Shown here: piece after piece, positions 23,608-37,737 of the stretch | How positions within the stretch are numbered: the first letter of the stretch is position 1 | How the letters are laid out: each line of letters starts with the position of its first letter | From: Octopus sinensis | Taxonomy: Eukaryota | DNA length: 64,000 nt | Direction: 5' to 3' | Assembly (NCBI RefSeq): GCF_006345805.1 | Contig: NC_043007.1 | Span: forward strand, 74,028,001-74,092,000 | Translations under genes and position numbers: made by a program | The notes under the pieces: generated by a model | Database searches by the model: none | Told to the model about the DNA's origin: nothing | What the model saw: only the letters and a program-made list of their open reading frames with translations

Positions 23608-24375
23608 AGGTGGCGAGTTGGCAGAAACGTTAGCACGCCGGGCGAAATGCTTAGCAGTATTTCGTCTGCCGTTACGTTCTGAGTTCAAATTCCGCCGAGC
23701 TCGACTTCGCCTTTCATCCTTTCGGCGTCGATAAATTAAGTCCCAGTTACGCACTGGGGTCGATGTAATCGACGTAATCCGTTTGTCTTTTCTTGTTTCT
23801 CCTCTCTGTGTTTAGCCCCTTGTGGGTATTAAAGAAATAGGTATTTCGTTTGTCTTTACGTTCTGAGTTCAAATTCCGCCGAGGTCGACTTTGCCTTTCA
23901 TCCTTTCGGAGTCGATTAAATAAGTACCAGTTACACACTGGGGTCGATATAATCGACTTAATCCGTTTGTCTGTCCTTGTTTGTCCTCTTTGTGTTTAGC
24001 CCCTTGTGGGTAGTAAAGAAATAGGTATCTTGTCTGCTGTTACGTTCTGAGTTCAAATTCCGCCGAGGTCGACTTTGCTTTTCATTCTTTCGGGGTCGAT
24101 AAATTAAGTACCAGTTACGCACTTAATCCCTTTGTCTGTCCATGTTCGTCTCCTCTGTGTTTAGCCCGTTGTGGTCAATAAAGAAATAACAATCGTTACC
24201 GCACCGGAGAAAATGCTTGGCAACATTTCCTCTGTCATTACGTTTTGAGTTCAAATTCCGACGAGGTCGACTTTGCCTTTCATTGTTTCGGAGAAGATTA
24301 AATAAGTACCAGTTGGACAGTAGTCGACTTACCCTTCCCCCGAAATTTGCTAGTCGTGTGCCAAAATTTGTAATA
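23608..24375 (+). mobile_element. SINE B head-to-tail multimer (three B units plus a B2 end)
   Basis: Units joined at AAAGAAATA|GGTATTTCG. Confidence 0.88.
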
Positions 24376-24899
24376 GTTATGAAATTTTCAATTTTCACGT
24401 CTGCCATCAAATTTATAAATGGCGTTGGTCATTCATCGCTTATTTACATATTTGGGATTTTTTGTTGATAGAACGGCTTTTAATGTTAGTTTTCTTTCTG
24501 TTCACACACACATACAAACACACACACCCTCGCACATGTATGTATGTATTATTACTGATTGTTTATGGGCTGGTTGTTAATGCATTTTATATTTTGCTTT
24601 ACGAGGTTTTCAATTATGTGTTCATCTATTGTGTAGTATGTATTTGTTTATTATAATACACTTATGTTTAGTCTATGTATTTTTGATAGGTGTGGTATCC
24701 GATATATGTGATGAGTTTCTGCATATATTGTCCTATTACTTGTTATATTAATGTTGTTACATTACATGATGTTGACACGTGTTTGTTTTATTCTGTAGAC
24801 TTTTTTTATCTGATGCTTTATTTTCAGGAAAGAAAAAATCTTAAATGAAATTCTAGATTAGGATTTTACCACCGACCTATTCTGTCTGTGTCAACATTC

Positions 24900-25640
24900 G
24901 CTGTCTCCATGTAAGTACATGAACTTATTTTTTGCTTTAGATGTAAACGGACGACGTGGTGTATCTGTTTCTTTGATTTTTTTTTTAGCTAAATACTCAT
25001 GTATAGGAACGGAGTTTTTTCTACTCTCTTGGATGTTAAATTTTATTGCAAAGTTGGTTATTAGGTATTCCTTTAAATTCTCAACAACTTCTGGTATGTG
25101 CTGTACGGCGGGTATAATATCCTCCTACTTGCTGTGTATGGTATGTTTAAGTCTATTTACTATTATAACAATGTAGTACACCGTTGACCTCAAACAAGAA
25201 CCCATGACTACTACTTCTCTTTATATAATTTCCCCAGTGGTCAGCGATCAAGTATTTCTGTTGCACAATACATTAATCATTTCTTCACTATGTTGGCCGG
25301 TATCATGTGTTGATTTTTTTTTTTCTTGGATGCTTGTAGACATTACAGAACATGATTTCTATTGTTTCTTCCACTGCATCATTCATAAACAAACTTTCTT
25401 ATGCAAGGAATTTAGCATCAAATACAGTCATGCTGTGCCGAGACGGATGTCCATAAAGTAATATTGATCTTAGCAAGAATAAAGCGAAAATTTAATGTTG
25501 GTATATATGGAGAAGCAGTTGGACTTCGATAAAAATTATAACATTAAAATTGCTCGTTCTGCTTTGTTAATTCTTTCATCAAACACCAAACCAAGGGAGA
25601 TATTACTTGCAACTATAACCCTCAAAGTCTTGAAGTTATT
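24900..25640 (+). pseudogene. Decayed hAT-type (Charlie/SPIN-like) transposase
   Basis: Ordered motifs FALD (24919 ORF), CCTAG and FHCIIHKQ (25204 ORF) resemble hAT LALDES / CTDGA / HCIIHQE; many frameshifts. Confidence 0.5.
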
Positions 25641-25644
25641 CTTT

Positions 25645-26150
<506 letters not shown>

Positions 26151-26189
26151 TTATTATTTCTTCTTCAATACTGTAATTAGGTAAACTGG

Positions 26190-26460
26190 CATAATCTAAA
26201 TTCATCGTTTCTGCCTTTGAGTAGTTAGTAATCATGCCAATCTGGTTTCTCTCTCTTACGATTCAATATTCGCCACATTTCTTCTGTTGTCCTGGTACTC
26301 ACGACTAAGTCGTCAGCATAATCTGAGTCGGTTAACGTCTTATATTCTACCCACTGTATTTATCAAAATACTCCTTGCAGAAATTTACCCCATGATATAA
26401 TACCATCAAACAAAAACAGAAGGGACGCTTTCAGCAACTTCACTAGACTTCCCCTCAAAA
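26190..26460 (-). pseudogene. LINE reverse transcriptase relic
   Basis: Minus-strand LTDSDYADDLVV..IGMITNYSKAETM contains the YADD motif (plus strand GACTAAGTCGTCAGCATAATC). Confidence 0.75.
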
Positions 26461-26544
26461 GGTTCCGTCATGCATCGATGAAATTATGTCAGCATATTTT
26501 TGAAGCATGGCATGGCTTCTCAGGAGTTTAGGTAATGAACAAGT

Positions 26545-26785
26545 ATACATACATACATACATACGTACGTGCGTACATACATACATACATACATACATAC
26601 ATACATACATACATGCTACATACATACATACAAATACAAATATACATACATACATACATACATACATACAAATACAAATATACATACATATATACATACA
26701 TACAAATATACATGCATGCATACATGCATGCATACATACATACATACATACATACATACATACATACATACATACATACTGCATA
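26545..26785. repeat. (TACA)n microsatellite
   Basis: Direct inspection. Confidence 0.95.
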
Positions 26786-27107
26786 TAGGCATACATAAAT
26801 AGATGTTTATACACACATGCATATATATAATTATACATACACATGTATGTGTGAATGTGCGCGTGTATGCATGTGTGAATGTGCGTGTGTGTGAATACAT
26901 GGCTAGACAGGACAGGCAAACAGAGAGACAGACAAACAGACAGACAGATAGATAGATACCATGTGTGTCGCTAAGGTCATATCAATCGTCTAAAATCAGG
27001 TGATTTTTTACACTATGCAAAGACATAACAGGCACATACACACATAAGCAGTTACCAATAGCAGTTTATATGTATGTGTGTATGTGTGTGTATGTGTGTG
27101 TGTGTGC

Positions 27108-27150
<43 letters not shown>

Positions 27151-27409
27151 ATAACATCTTAACAAAAACTTTAAAGTCCTTATATAGCATTTCCTTTAAA
27201 GCATATTCAAATATTCAAATATATTCATTTGTTGTTCGAGCAATTGTAACTTCGATTAATTATTTTATTGATCAACTCAATAAAATACAAATTTATTTTG
27301 TTATCTTGGCATCAATCCTTATTCGAGTGTTCGTATTAATCTATATTAACGATAGAACTCAATATTATAAAAGTAGCAAGTGTATAATATTTTGAAATTT
27401 CTTTTCAAC

Positions 27410-27851
27410 ATGGCTAGATGTTTCAAATGTTATTTCTCCGAAGAGACAATAGTTGAAACATATGGCTATGTTGTAAGGAAGCTAAATTACTAAACACTCT
27501 CTTGTCGCTCTCACAAATGCTATAAACTAATAACTGTCCTACTGTGGAAGCCTGTTGCCAACGACGCTATCATTTCTCAATTGCAATATAAAATGAAATA
27601 AAAATAACAACCATTATTTCGATTCTATCTATGGCTAGATGTTTCAAATGTAGTTTCTCCGAAGAGACGATAGTTGAAACATATGGCTATGTTGTAAGGA
27701 AGCTAAATTACTAAACACTCTCTCGTCGCTCTCACAAATGCTATAAACTAATAACTGTCCTACTGTGGAAGCATGTTGCCAACGACGCTATCATTTCTCA
27801 ATTGCAATATAAAATGAAATAAAAATAACAACCATTATTTCGATTCTATCT
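27410..27851 (+). repeat. Two tandem 221-nt units, each with a hammerhead-like motif
   Basis: Units 27410-27630 and 27631-27851 differ by a few substitutions; each has TTTCT-CCGAAGA-GAC(RATA)GTT-GAAACATA(TGGC)TATGTTGTA-AGGAA. Confidence 0.85.
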
Positions 27852-28362
27852 CCTTTAGCGGAATACCTTTTCAGTGATCATTCGTCAGGAGTTCACAATA
27901 ATATATTGTAACAATTCATTGATCAATATGTCATCAATACAGTGTAAGTAAAATCGATTTTAACTATATAGTTTACCGATATCAATTATAACTACAACAA
28001 ACAGGCATTTGAAAAGCCATCCGTAGCTCAAAGGAACATCTAAGAGTGTGATACATTTCAACTAACGAATGGTATAGATTTTTTTTATTATTTTAAATGT
28101 GTTTCTATATTCACGGAATACAATTATGCTTTCTATATAATTTAATGCAGAACATAAATAATTTCGTAGGTCACATTTGCTTGGAACAAATATTTGTTCA
28201 CAATTAAGGAAACTATTAACTTCCATTATCAAGCACTAAATATAATGTTCGATAGAATTTGGGAGAAAAGCATAGAGTGAACCATCAGCGGGTGATCAGG
28301 TACACACATACAATTGACCGCAAAATCGAATACTTTACGTTTTATACATGTTTTTATCTATA

Positions 28363-28531
28363 ATTAGACTTGCTTATGTGGTTAAGAAGTTCGCTTGGCA
28401 ACCACGTGATTTCTGGTTCAACCCCACTGCGTGGCACGCTGAGTAAGTATCTTCTAATATAGCCCCGGGCCGAATAATGCCTTGTGAGTGAATTTGGTTC
28501 AAGGAAACTGTGTGAAAGCCCGTCGTATATA

Positions 28532-28581
<50 letters not shown>

Positions 28582-28787
28582 TGTGTTCGTATCTGTGTTT
28601 GTTTCCCACTACCGCTTGACAGTCAACGTTGGTGTGTTTACGACCCCATAGATTAGCGGTTCAGTTAAAGAGTCCGATAGAATAAGTACAAGGCTTAAGA
28701 AAACGTATAGGCGTCGATTCGTTCGATTAAAATTCTTGAAAGCGGTGCCCCAGCATGGCCGCAATCTAATGAGTGAAACAAGTAAAA
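28363..28787 (+). mobile_element. SINE A, older copy
   Basis: Family A with internal (GT)n; further 3'-half fragments at about 28935-29105 (+) and 29510-29640 (-). Confidence 0.85.
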
Positions 28788-30054
28788 GATATATATATAC
28801 ACACATACATACGTGTGTGTGTGTGTGTATTATATATATATATATATGTAAGTATGTATTTATAATATATGTATATTTATGTATTTATGTATGTGTGCCT
28901 GTATTTGCCACCTCCGCCCCAATCATCTCCACCGCTTAATAACCGGTGTTTTTTTTATTTACGTTCCCGTAAATTAGCGGCTTCAGTAAAAGTGATCGAG
29001 AGAATAAGTGACCAGACTAAAAAAAAAAAAAAAATACTGGTGACGATTTCTTCGACTAAGACTTTCCAGTATGGCCACAGTATAATGATTGAAAAAAAAA
29101 ATAAACGTTATAATATATATACATTTCACAGAGACAAACTTTATGCATGTAAAAGTATAATCGGGTTATAAATTTTATGCTGTAGTTTAACCCCAGGACG
29201 ACTTTGATCCAGCAGATTTATGATCACATGAGTTCCACCTATGACCAATCCCATCTATTTTCAGATAATGTGTACAGAACTAATTATGTTATCCAACGTA
29301 GTCTTGCTTCTTTTAAAGATAGTAAAGGTGACCTTTGAAAGCGGCATCGAATTTTAATTAATTGGTGTAACTACTGAGTTTTTTGTTTACGTGAAATCCC
29401 TACACCAGAAGATACCGGTTCTCCCATCACGTGCGTAGAGTTGTGTGAGAGTATATATCTCTGTCTACGTCGCCTGTGTGTGTGTGTGTGTGTGTGTTTT
29501 GTCTTTTATTTCCATCCTGATTCCGTCGTTAGACAGCGGCCATGCTGGGGCATCAGCTTGAAGGATTCTAGTCAAACAAATCGATTCTAGGAGTTATTTT
29601 TTAAGCCTGGTCCTTATTATATCGGTCAATTTTGCGTTACTCTGTCTTACTTAAACCTTAGAGACAGGGTCACCTCAGCAGCAGTGTTGGCTCATGGCAT
29701 AGCAATGTCCTGGGGCCCTTATAACTCAACTATAAACTGAAAGTTAGATAGGCAGGCATTGGGTCCTTAAACTTGAGACGACCCAAGATAAGTGCCGAAT
29801 AGCCCATACATTAAGACGGCACTGTTTATAGTGCGCCAGTATCTGAGCATAACTGAAGTACTTTTTAGTCCTTAAAAAGAAAGTTATTCTTAGGTATGCA
29901 GTTATTCTTAGGTATGCAGTTATTCTTAGGTATGGGGTACTATATGGAGTACCCAGGAATAATTAGCAGAGCATTAGTATTTACTCTGGGTGGATTCATT
30001 TACAGCATTAAAATCAATTTTTCTTACATCTTATCCATGCTGTATACTTATATT

Positions 30055-30378
30055 TATCCATTTATTTATCCATCCATCCATTTATCCATCCATCAGTCCA
30101 CCCATCTATTCGTCCACCGTCCATCTACCCATCAAATCAACCATCCATCCTTCCATCCTTCCATCCATACAACCGTCTACTCATCCATCCATCCATCCAT
30201 CCATCCATTCACCTACCCATCCAACCATTCATTCATCCATCTTTCCATAAATTCATCTGTTCCATCCATCTATCCATCCATCCATCCATCCATCCATCAA
30301 TCCATCTTAACGCTTATCCTCTCAACACTCTTCGGCCAACTGTTGTCGACGAAATCTCCGCACTCCAGACATACAGTA

Positions 30379-30429
<51 letters not shown>

Positions 30430-30482
30430 ATTGTAGTAGTAGTAGTAGTAACTGTAGTAGTAGTAGTAGTAGTAGTAGTAAT
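30055..30482. repeat. (TCCA)n and (TAG)n simple repeats
   Basis: These repeats explain ORF 29896-30660. Confidence 0.95.
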
Positions 30483-30888
30483 AACAGTTGCTATGCATTA
30501 CAATATGATGGTAAAACAGAGAGAAAACAAACTGAATTCACCAAACGTTCTGCTGTTAATTCTACACCAAATATTCCCTGAAACTTCATATTGTTATACC
30601 AATAGAGGAAGGCGAAGAAAGTATCGATTATATAAGGGAAATAGTCATTCAATATGCTAAATTTCTGTTTGTAATATCATATTACTAGAAGTACATGTGT
30701 TTGGAATAATGACTGATAATGTATCTGTAAATCTGTATTCTTTATTCAATCAAAAAAACTTTTCCTCTCTTGTACATTTGCACAAAAATATCTGAAACAA
30801 AATAACACAACATGGACAGTCGTAATTTTCGGCATTTTCTGTTGTTGTTGTTGTTGTTGTTTTTATTGTTTTTAAATTCACTTATTAG

Positions 30889-31270
30889 GAAGGCGGTGAG
30901 CTGGCAGAATCGTATGCACGCCGGGCGAAATGCTTAGCGGTATTTCGTCTGCCGCTACGTTGTGAGTTCAAATTCCGCCGAGGTCGACTTTGCCTTTCAC
31001 CCTTTCGGAGTCGATTAAATAAGTACCAGTTACGCACTGGGGTCGATATAATCGACTTAATCCGTTTGTCTGTCCTTGTTCATCCCTTCTGTGTGTAGCC
31101 CCTTGTGGGTAGTAAAGAAGTAGGTATTTCGTCCGTCTTTACGTTCTGAGTTCAAATTCAGCCTACGTCGACTTCGTCTTCGATCTCTTTTCGACGTCAA
31201 TAAAATAATTACTAGTAATCGACTTGACCAGTACCCTGAAATTGCTGACCTTGTGCTCAAAATTGAAACC
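30889..31270 (+). mobile_element. SINE B plus B2 composite
   Basis: Full B unit, then junction AAAGAAGTAGGTATTTCG and a degenerate B2 body. Confidence 0.85.
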
Positions 31271-31281
31271 TATATTATATA

Positions 31282-31900
31282 TAGGTTATAGGTTGTGTAA
31301 TTAAGAAGCTCACTTTGCAGCACGTGGTTTCAGGTTTACTCCCCGCTCTGCGGTACCCTGAGTAAGTATCTTCTACTATTGTCTCGGGCCGACCAATGCC
31401 TTGTGAGTGAATTCGGTAAATGGAAACTGTGCAGAAGCCTATCGGCTTCTGTGTAAGTATGTTTGTTCCTGAGTTCGTACCCCCTGCTACCGCTTCACAA
31501 CCGGTGTTTGTTTGTTTACGTTCCTGTGACTTAGTGGTTCGGTAAAAGAAAACGATAGGATAAGTGCCAGATTTAAAATGAAAAATAAGTACTGTAATGG
31601 ACATTAAGGGCCATCAAAACTTAATCCAAAATATCGTATTTATTTAATAGATTTTAACAGCATTTGTAAGGATAAAAGCATAAACAACTGTTGGCCCTGT
31701 TCATTAATACCCATATTTTTAAGGTGGTGAGATGGCAGAATCATTAATGCGCCGGACAAAATGCTTCGCGGCATTTCGACCGTTTAAATGTTCTGAGTTC
31801 AAATTCTGCCGAAGTCGACTTTCATCACTCTAGGGGTTGATTTTAAAAAATGACTAGCCCCGCCCACAAATTTCAGGCCTTGTGCCCATAGTAGAAAGGG
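31282..31900 (+). mobile_element. Degenerate SINE A (31282-31590) and SINE B2 (31722-31900)
   Basis: Recognisable heads and bodies. Confidence 0.7.
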
Positions 31901-32355
31901 TTTCTATCCATATTTTTCTTGTAACATAGACACGGGCCGCACAGTCTTGAATGGGGAGGAGAAGGAGGAGGTGGGGAGGAGGGAGGAGGAGAAAGGGGGC
32001 TGAGGAAGAGGAAGAAAAGGAAGAGAAGGAGGGGAGGTGTTGATTTCAACAACAACAGTTCTTGACTAGAATTTCATTGGTCTTTCCTCCCACCTCTATT
32101 AGGCACTGAGCTTGTTCAAGAGCATATTACATTGTCGCTCCAAACATCTGTAGAATGGTAGAGATAAGTGAAAGCCACCATACGAAACAAAAAGATTTCA
32201 TATTCTTCAAGTTTCTTCTACAGGAAAATCCCACGAAATGAAGCTTTCATAACATATTGAGAAGAGTTAAACATGTAAAAAAGAATTACGATTTTTTATA
32301 TATTAATTCCAGTTTAAAATAAATTTTTAGAGAACCAGTAGTGGTAGACCGTGTA

Positions 32356-33036
32356 CAGTGATCCCTTGCTACTTCGCGGCTCAACTATCGCGGATTCACG
32401 ACTTCGCGGATTTTTAATATATATATATATATGAACACCTAAATTTTTTCATTAAATCTATTAAAATATCAATAATTAATGTTATTTCCTAGTCTAGGAA
32501 CAACAAAACAAGCTTAAAATAGCAAAAAAGCATATACAGGGGTATTTGAACTTTAGACGGGATGTGATTGGTGCAATGGAGGGAGACGACAAATCACAGC
32601 TTTCTATTTTGTAATCTGGCCTGTGATTGGTACTTTGACCGATGCTCAGATCCGCAGCATCTTCTCTTGTCTCTCTCTAGCGGCCATATCGCTTCAAGCT
32701 TTCTCGCCCAAGAAAGGGCACTGCCGTCAGCTTCATCATCATTTCTACTGCACAGCAAATTCATCACCATCATCATTCAAATTTTACTTCAACTCCTTTC
32801 CTGTTGAGTACAGTAACAATCTTTATTTTTTTAAATCTAAAGTGTTATTGCTTAACTGTTGTCCTTGCTATTAATAGACTACTGTAATGGGTGGGTTGTT
32901 AACAGTACAGGGAGGGTTTTAAAAGTCCAAATACACGTTAAATAAATACTGTAAATATGGTGTCCCTACTTCGCGGAAATTCAGTTATCGCTGCCGGTCT
33001 CGGAACCAATCTACCGCGATAAACGAGGGATCACTG
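32356..33036. mobile_element. Tigger/pogo-like MITE
   Basis: TIRs CAGTGATCCCT / AGGGATCACTG; TA TSD at 32354-32355 and 33037-33038. Confidence 0.88.
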
Positions 33037-33221
33037 TAAACCAAAATCGGTTCAATAAAGTTTTTAAAAGTCAAATCCATTAGAGAAAAAATATTCTGTT
33101 TCGGGAAAAACTCTTTATCAAGAGACTGACAAAAAGCAATCTCTAAGATTATTAACAGAGCGCACAAGACCACTAAGAATGTTAGAAGGAATGAAACGAG
33201 AGATATATGGGCGAAGGGAGT

Positions 33222-33465
33222 AAAGGCATGTGACCCAGAGTGTTGCACTCACGACCGCAAGACCGGGGTTTCGAATCCCGGACCGGGTGGTGCGGTGAGC
33301 TCATGAGTAAAACACTTCGTTTCACGTTGTTCCAATTTACTCAGCTGTAAATGAGTGATCCTGCCAAAGACTGCTGTTCCGTTCCGTAGGGAAAGTTGTG
33401 TTTCGGTCACCTATCGCCATGGAAACCAAGTAAACGGGCCTTATGAGTCCTAGCTCTCGAGACAA
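33222..33465 (+). mobile_element. Older CORE-type tRNA SINE
   Basis: B box GGTTTCGAATCCC; CORE-like AAAACACTTCGTTTCACGTTGTTCCAATTTACTCAGCTGTAAATGAG. Confidence 0.7.
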
Positions 33466-33775
33466 TTATGTCCGGGGGTTGATGATGATGATGATGATGA
33501 TGATAGTGGTGGTGGTGGTGATGATTAAGATGGTGCTGTTGTTGTTGTTGTGGTGGTGGTGGTGGTGATGACGGTGATGATGAGTAAGAAAATATTTTGA
33601 AGATGATAAAGTCGAGGGCACAGAATGTTTGGAGAAGTCATTGCTAAGTTGTACCTCGAGTATGAAAAGCAGGAATAGATTGTACATGGGTAAAATGTAA
33701 AGGGGTGGATGGGGAAGAAGACACAGTGAAAGAGCATTTCTAAGGCTATAATTAACTAAAATCATCATCATCACC

Positions 33776-33866
33776 TTCTTCTTCTTCTTCTTCTTCTTCT
33801 TCTTCTTCTTCTTCTTCTTCTTCTTCTTCTTCTTCTTCTTCTTCTTCTTCTTCTTCTTCTTCTTCA
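33776..33866. repeat. (TTC)n trinucleotide repeat
   Basis: Pure tract; gives the poly-K ORF. Confidence 0.98.
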
Positions 33867-33998
33867 CAGGCATGACACATTACTATACACACCATGCTTT
33901 GTATCTGGTGGTACAATAATGATGATGATATGTATGTATATATATATGTGCATGTGAGTGTGAGTGAGTGTGTGCGCGGGTGCGTGTTTGTGTATCTC

Positions 33999-34056
<58 letters not shown>

Positions 34057-34317
34057 TATATCTTTACACATACACAAACACTCACATATATATATATGTA
34101 GAAGGTAAAAAGTAACACTACTTGATATGTTTAAAGAAAATAAGACAAGGTAGAAATGCTAAAATTTTTTCAACTAAGAGTAAAATAAGAAGAACAATTC
34201 GATTGGAGAAAAAGATTAAGTGAAATGTTTTGTAAATATTTCCATAGTCTTCAAATTGTCTGTCTGTCTCTGTCTCTTCCTTTGTGAATGCTTGGTAGAT
34301 AGGTAGAACCTACCTAC

Positions 34318-34361
<44 letters not shown>

Positions 34362-34433
34362 ATGTGATCGCGTATGTATCGTTGACGATTTTTTTCTTCC
34401 GTCTTCCCTTCCTTGGATCTTTCCTTTTCCTAT

Positions 34434-34468
34434 GTTTTTGACGAAGAGCTCCGCTCGAAACGTTAAAT
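34434..34468 (+). ncRNA. Minimal hammerhead-like motif (C3 to T) in a PLE-like terminus between (TA)n tracts
   Basis: GTTT-TTGACGA-A-GAGC(TCC)GCTC-GAAAC-GTT-AAAT; same layout as 5390-5427. Confidence 0.6.
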
Positions 34469-35492
34469 CCTCCTTCTTTCTTTCCTTTCCTACTACGCAT
34501 CCAATAACACAATACTTGTTCCACGTCTTCGCGTTGTTGTGTTTTCTTTTTCTGTTTTCATGTTTCGATTAACTATATATATATATAATTTCATTATGCA
34601 CCACGGGGAAGCTAAATCTTTCTTGTCTAACACCCTTGAAACAAACAAAAAATCAAGGACACATTTGATGACGTAGTACATGTTATATTTTGTCTGAGAA
34701 AGAAGAAAGACAAGATAGTATAATCCCAGCTGGGATGTCTTTGATCATTCGTCTGCTCCTGTAGGGCTGACACAGGGCCTAATCAATAACCACATCTAAC
34801 ATTATTATATCGATCGAAGGTCAATGCTGAAGACACCATGTAAACGCTTAATTCGATTGTCCTATCTTGTACTGCAAGTTGTGCTGAAGTAGAATTGACT
34901 GGGTTTATTCAATACCAAAAATAGCTTCATCTTATTGAATATGTGACGCTAAGATATGGTTCCCTCCAACTCCCGTTATGCAGAGAGCGGCTATATCATA
35001 TCATTAAGTAACACCAACAGCAATGATATTGATATGCACTATAACTGTGCTAAAACCGTAATTGCAGCATTCTAGCATTTTAGCAAGTACAACACCAAAG
35101 TTAGATCAATGACTATTGAAAGAAAAATACTAACAAAGTTAGGTAAAATGCCAGAAGTTCCAATAGAGAGATATGGGTCTGTATGGGAGTAATTAATGAG
35201 TGAGGAAGAGAGGGCAGTAGGCTTGCAGTAATGATTTGTTGTGGTTTTCTCTTTTACAACATTTAGTTTTGAATTTTTACGTTCTCAGTTCAAATTTGCT
35301 GATGGCTAGCTTATTTTTTATTCTGAGATAAAATGAGTAACACTAATATATTTGGCTGTCAGATAAATTCGTTCGTCCTTTCTTCTTTTTCCTTTTCTTC
35401 TTGGCGCTCTATTGCCATATGTCTGGAAAAAAGGCAAAATTTGTTCAAATTAAAAAAGAAATGATTAGCAAAAGTTGTAGAAGAAGGACATT

Positions 35493-35880
35493 GTGGAGGC
35501 GCAATGGCCCAGTGGTTAGGGCAGCGGACTCGCGGTCGTAGGATCGCGGTTTCGATTCCCAGACCGGGCGTTGTGAGTGTTTATTGAGCGAAAACACCTA
35601 AAGCTCCACGAGGCTCCGGCAGGGATGGTGGTGATCCCTGCTGTACTATTTCACCACAACTTTCTCTCACTCTTACTTCCTGTTTCTGTTGTACCTGTAT
35701 TTCAAAGGGCCGGCCTTGTCACTCTCTGTGTCACGCTGAATATCCCCGAAAACTACGTTAAGGGTACACGTGTCTGTGGAGTGCTCAGCCACTTACACGT
35801 TAATTTCACGAGCAGGCTGTTCCGTTGATCGGATCAACCGGAACCCTCGTCGTCGTAACCGACGGAGTGCTTCCACCACA
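35493..35880 (+). mobile_element. SINE C, full length
   Basis: A box TGGCCCAGTGG, B box GGTTTCGATTCCC; flanking AGAAGAAGGACA duplicated. Confidence 0.92.
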
Positions 35881-37172
35881 GAAGAAGGACAGAGCTACAA
35901 ATACATAAAATACTATGATAAAAATGATTTTTTTTTGTCTTAATTTAAATGATATTGGAAAGAATTAAAATAAATGGTAGGGGAAGGACGAATTTATCTG
36001 ACAACCTTATACTAAGTTGAATTTAGCATATTTAATTTAGTGAGGAAAAATATTGTAATGAAAGTAATAAAAATAAAAGTTCATTAGCGTTAATGATAAT
36101 TTTCTTGCTTAGAGTGGCAAAGGAGAGAACTTCGAAATTTGAACAGAAAAACAATTCAATGGAGAAAAACAATATGCAGTGAGTCCGACATTTTAATAAT
36201 TACGATAAATGTATGTTAATTAATGTAAACATGTAATTACTAGAACTTTACTGTAACATAACGAAGATCAGACTAACTCCCAACTGTATCTATCTATTTA
36301 ATTTTTAATCAATTCATATTTTAGAATTTTCTCCCTTGGCTCCCTTAACAACAAATGTCATTAACGAGAATGAGTTTCTTTCTCATTACTGGCTTGATTG
36401 ATTGAACACTCTTTTTAATTCGCCACATTATGTATACCATACTGCGCTTAACAATATGTTCTTCATGCAGAGGTCACCCCTGGAAAATTACCCAATGCCT
36501 GTAATATAGTAAAATTGATTTGATTGACTACATACACTTTTTCCTAAATGGAAAACATCTGTTGTTGCTGTTGTTATTGTAGGTGTTATTGTTGTATAGC
36601 TCCATCTCAGCTCTGATCAGGCTGAGCTAAAACAAGGCAAGGCTATTGGCCGAATGACTAGAGGCGACCCACATAATTGTTTGCTGCGGATTCCACACTT
36701 AAAAGCGTTCAAATCGTGACCAACTTGCCTCCTCTTCTAACATAATTCACAAATCTAATATTCGAAACATCCGGTGTTTGATACTATGTTCAAACTTATA
36801 TTACCGAAGACATCCATTTTAAGATAGTAGAGTAACATTTGAATGGAGTTTAGCTACTTATTACAACAGTTTGAGTAATAACAGGGAAACGTTTTATCGA
36901 AATTAATTATAGAGATTAGAGACAAAGTACATCGTTATAAGTTCTAATTACTACAGAGGTTCTTTTTGGACAAGTTAGCTTAAGTATTTATTAGGGGATT
37001 TCAGACGAAGAGGAACGGAATGGCTATTGGTCTGTTGACAGAGAAACTGGAATTAGCAAGATAGATTAAACGGAAGTAAATTGAAAAAATTGTGAAATAG
37101 AGAAAAGTATTAAGAGAATCAAAGTTATCGATACTGATGCGAAGTTATAATATACGAGCAAAACGCCCCCCT

Positions 37173-37537
37173 CCAATGGACGGTGCTGAGTTGTCAAACA
37201 TTTAAACCAAATTTTCTCAAAACAACTTGTCCGACCGTCCCATAGGCCTCCCCTTTGAGAAACACTGATTTAACCTAAATTTGAGACACCAGCAAAAGAA
37301 GAAATAAAGATAGACTTTTTTTCTATTCCAAGAAAAACGATTTTACAAATGCACCTTCCCACGGCTTTATCGATCGCATTCTCACCTGGAATCGATTTTT
37401 GTAATTTTTTTCATAATTTATACACGTCCTGATACCGTCGATATCTACATATCAAATCTGAGCGCAATCGGATGGAGGATGTCCGAGATCCTAGAAGACA
37501 CACACACAGACAGACAGAACGGATTTTATATAATAGA
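37173..37537 (-). mobile_element. Helitron-like element, copy of 5693-6057
   Basis: High identity and same boundaries. Confidence 0.65.
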
Positions 37538-37737
37538 TATGGATAATGTCTATTATTTAAAACAAACACTCTGTAATTGGAGATGACGTTGGCCAAGGAA
37601 AACTTGCGATCGAAGTTTAGCACCTATACTAAAAGTCCTTCAGATTGTTGTCGTTGATGAGCTCTTCGCCTCCTGCAGAGCATTAGCCATCTACGATTTC
37701 TTTTCCTGTTCTCGATTCCGGGTTGCCTTTTCTTATT

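Noticed and set aside
24828-24910. Exon-like segment with TTTTCAG acceptor and GTAAGT donor
   Set aside because: Stops in all three frames; adjacent to the transposase relic.
27851-27890. Minus-strand CTGACGA..GAAA just after the 221-nt tandem
   Set aside because: Stems II and III do not pair convincingly.
29882-29934. Three copies of an 18-mer (AGTTATTCTTAGGTATGC), and SINE multimers, as CRISPR-like arrays
   Set aside because: No unique spacers and a eukaryotic context; simple local tandem duplication.
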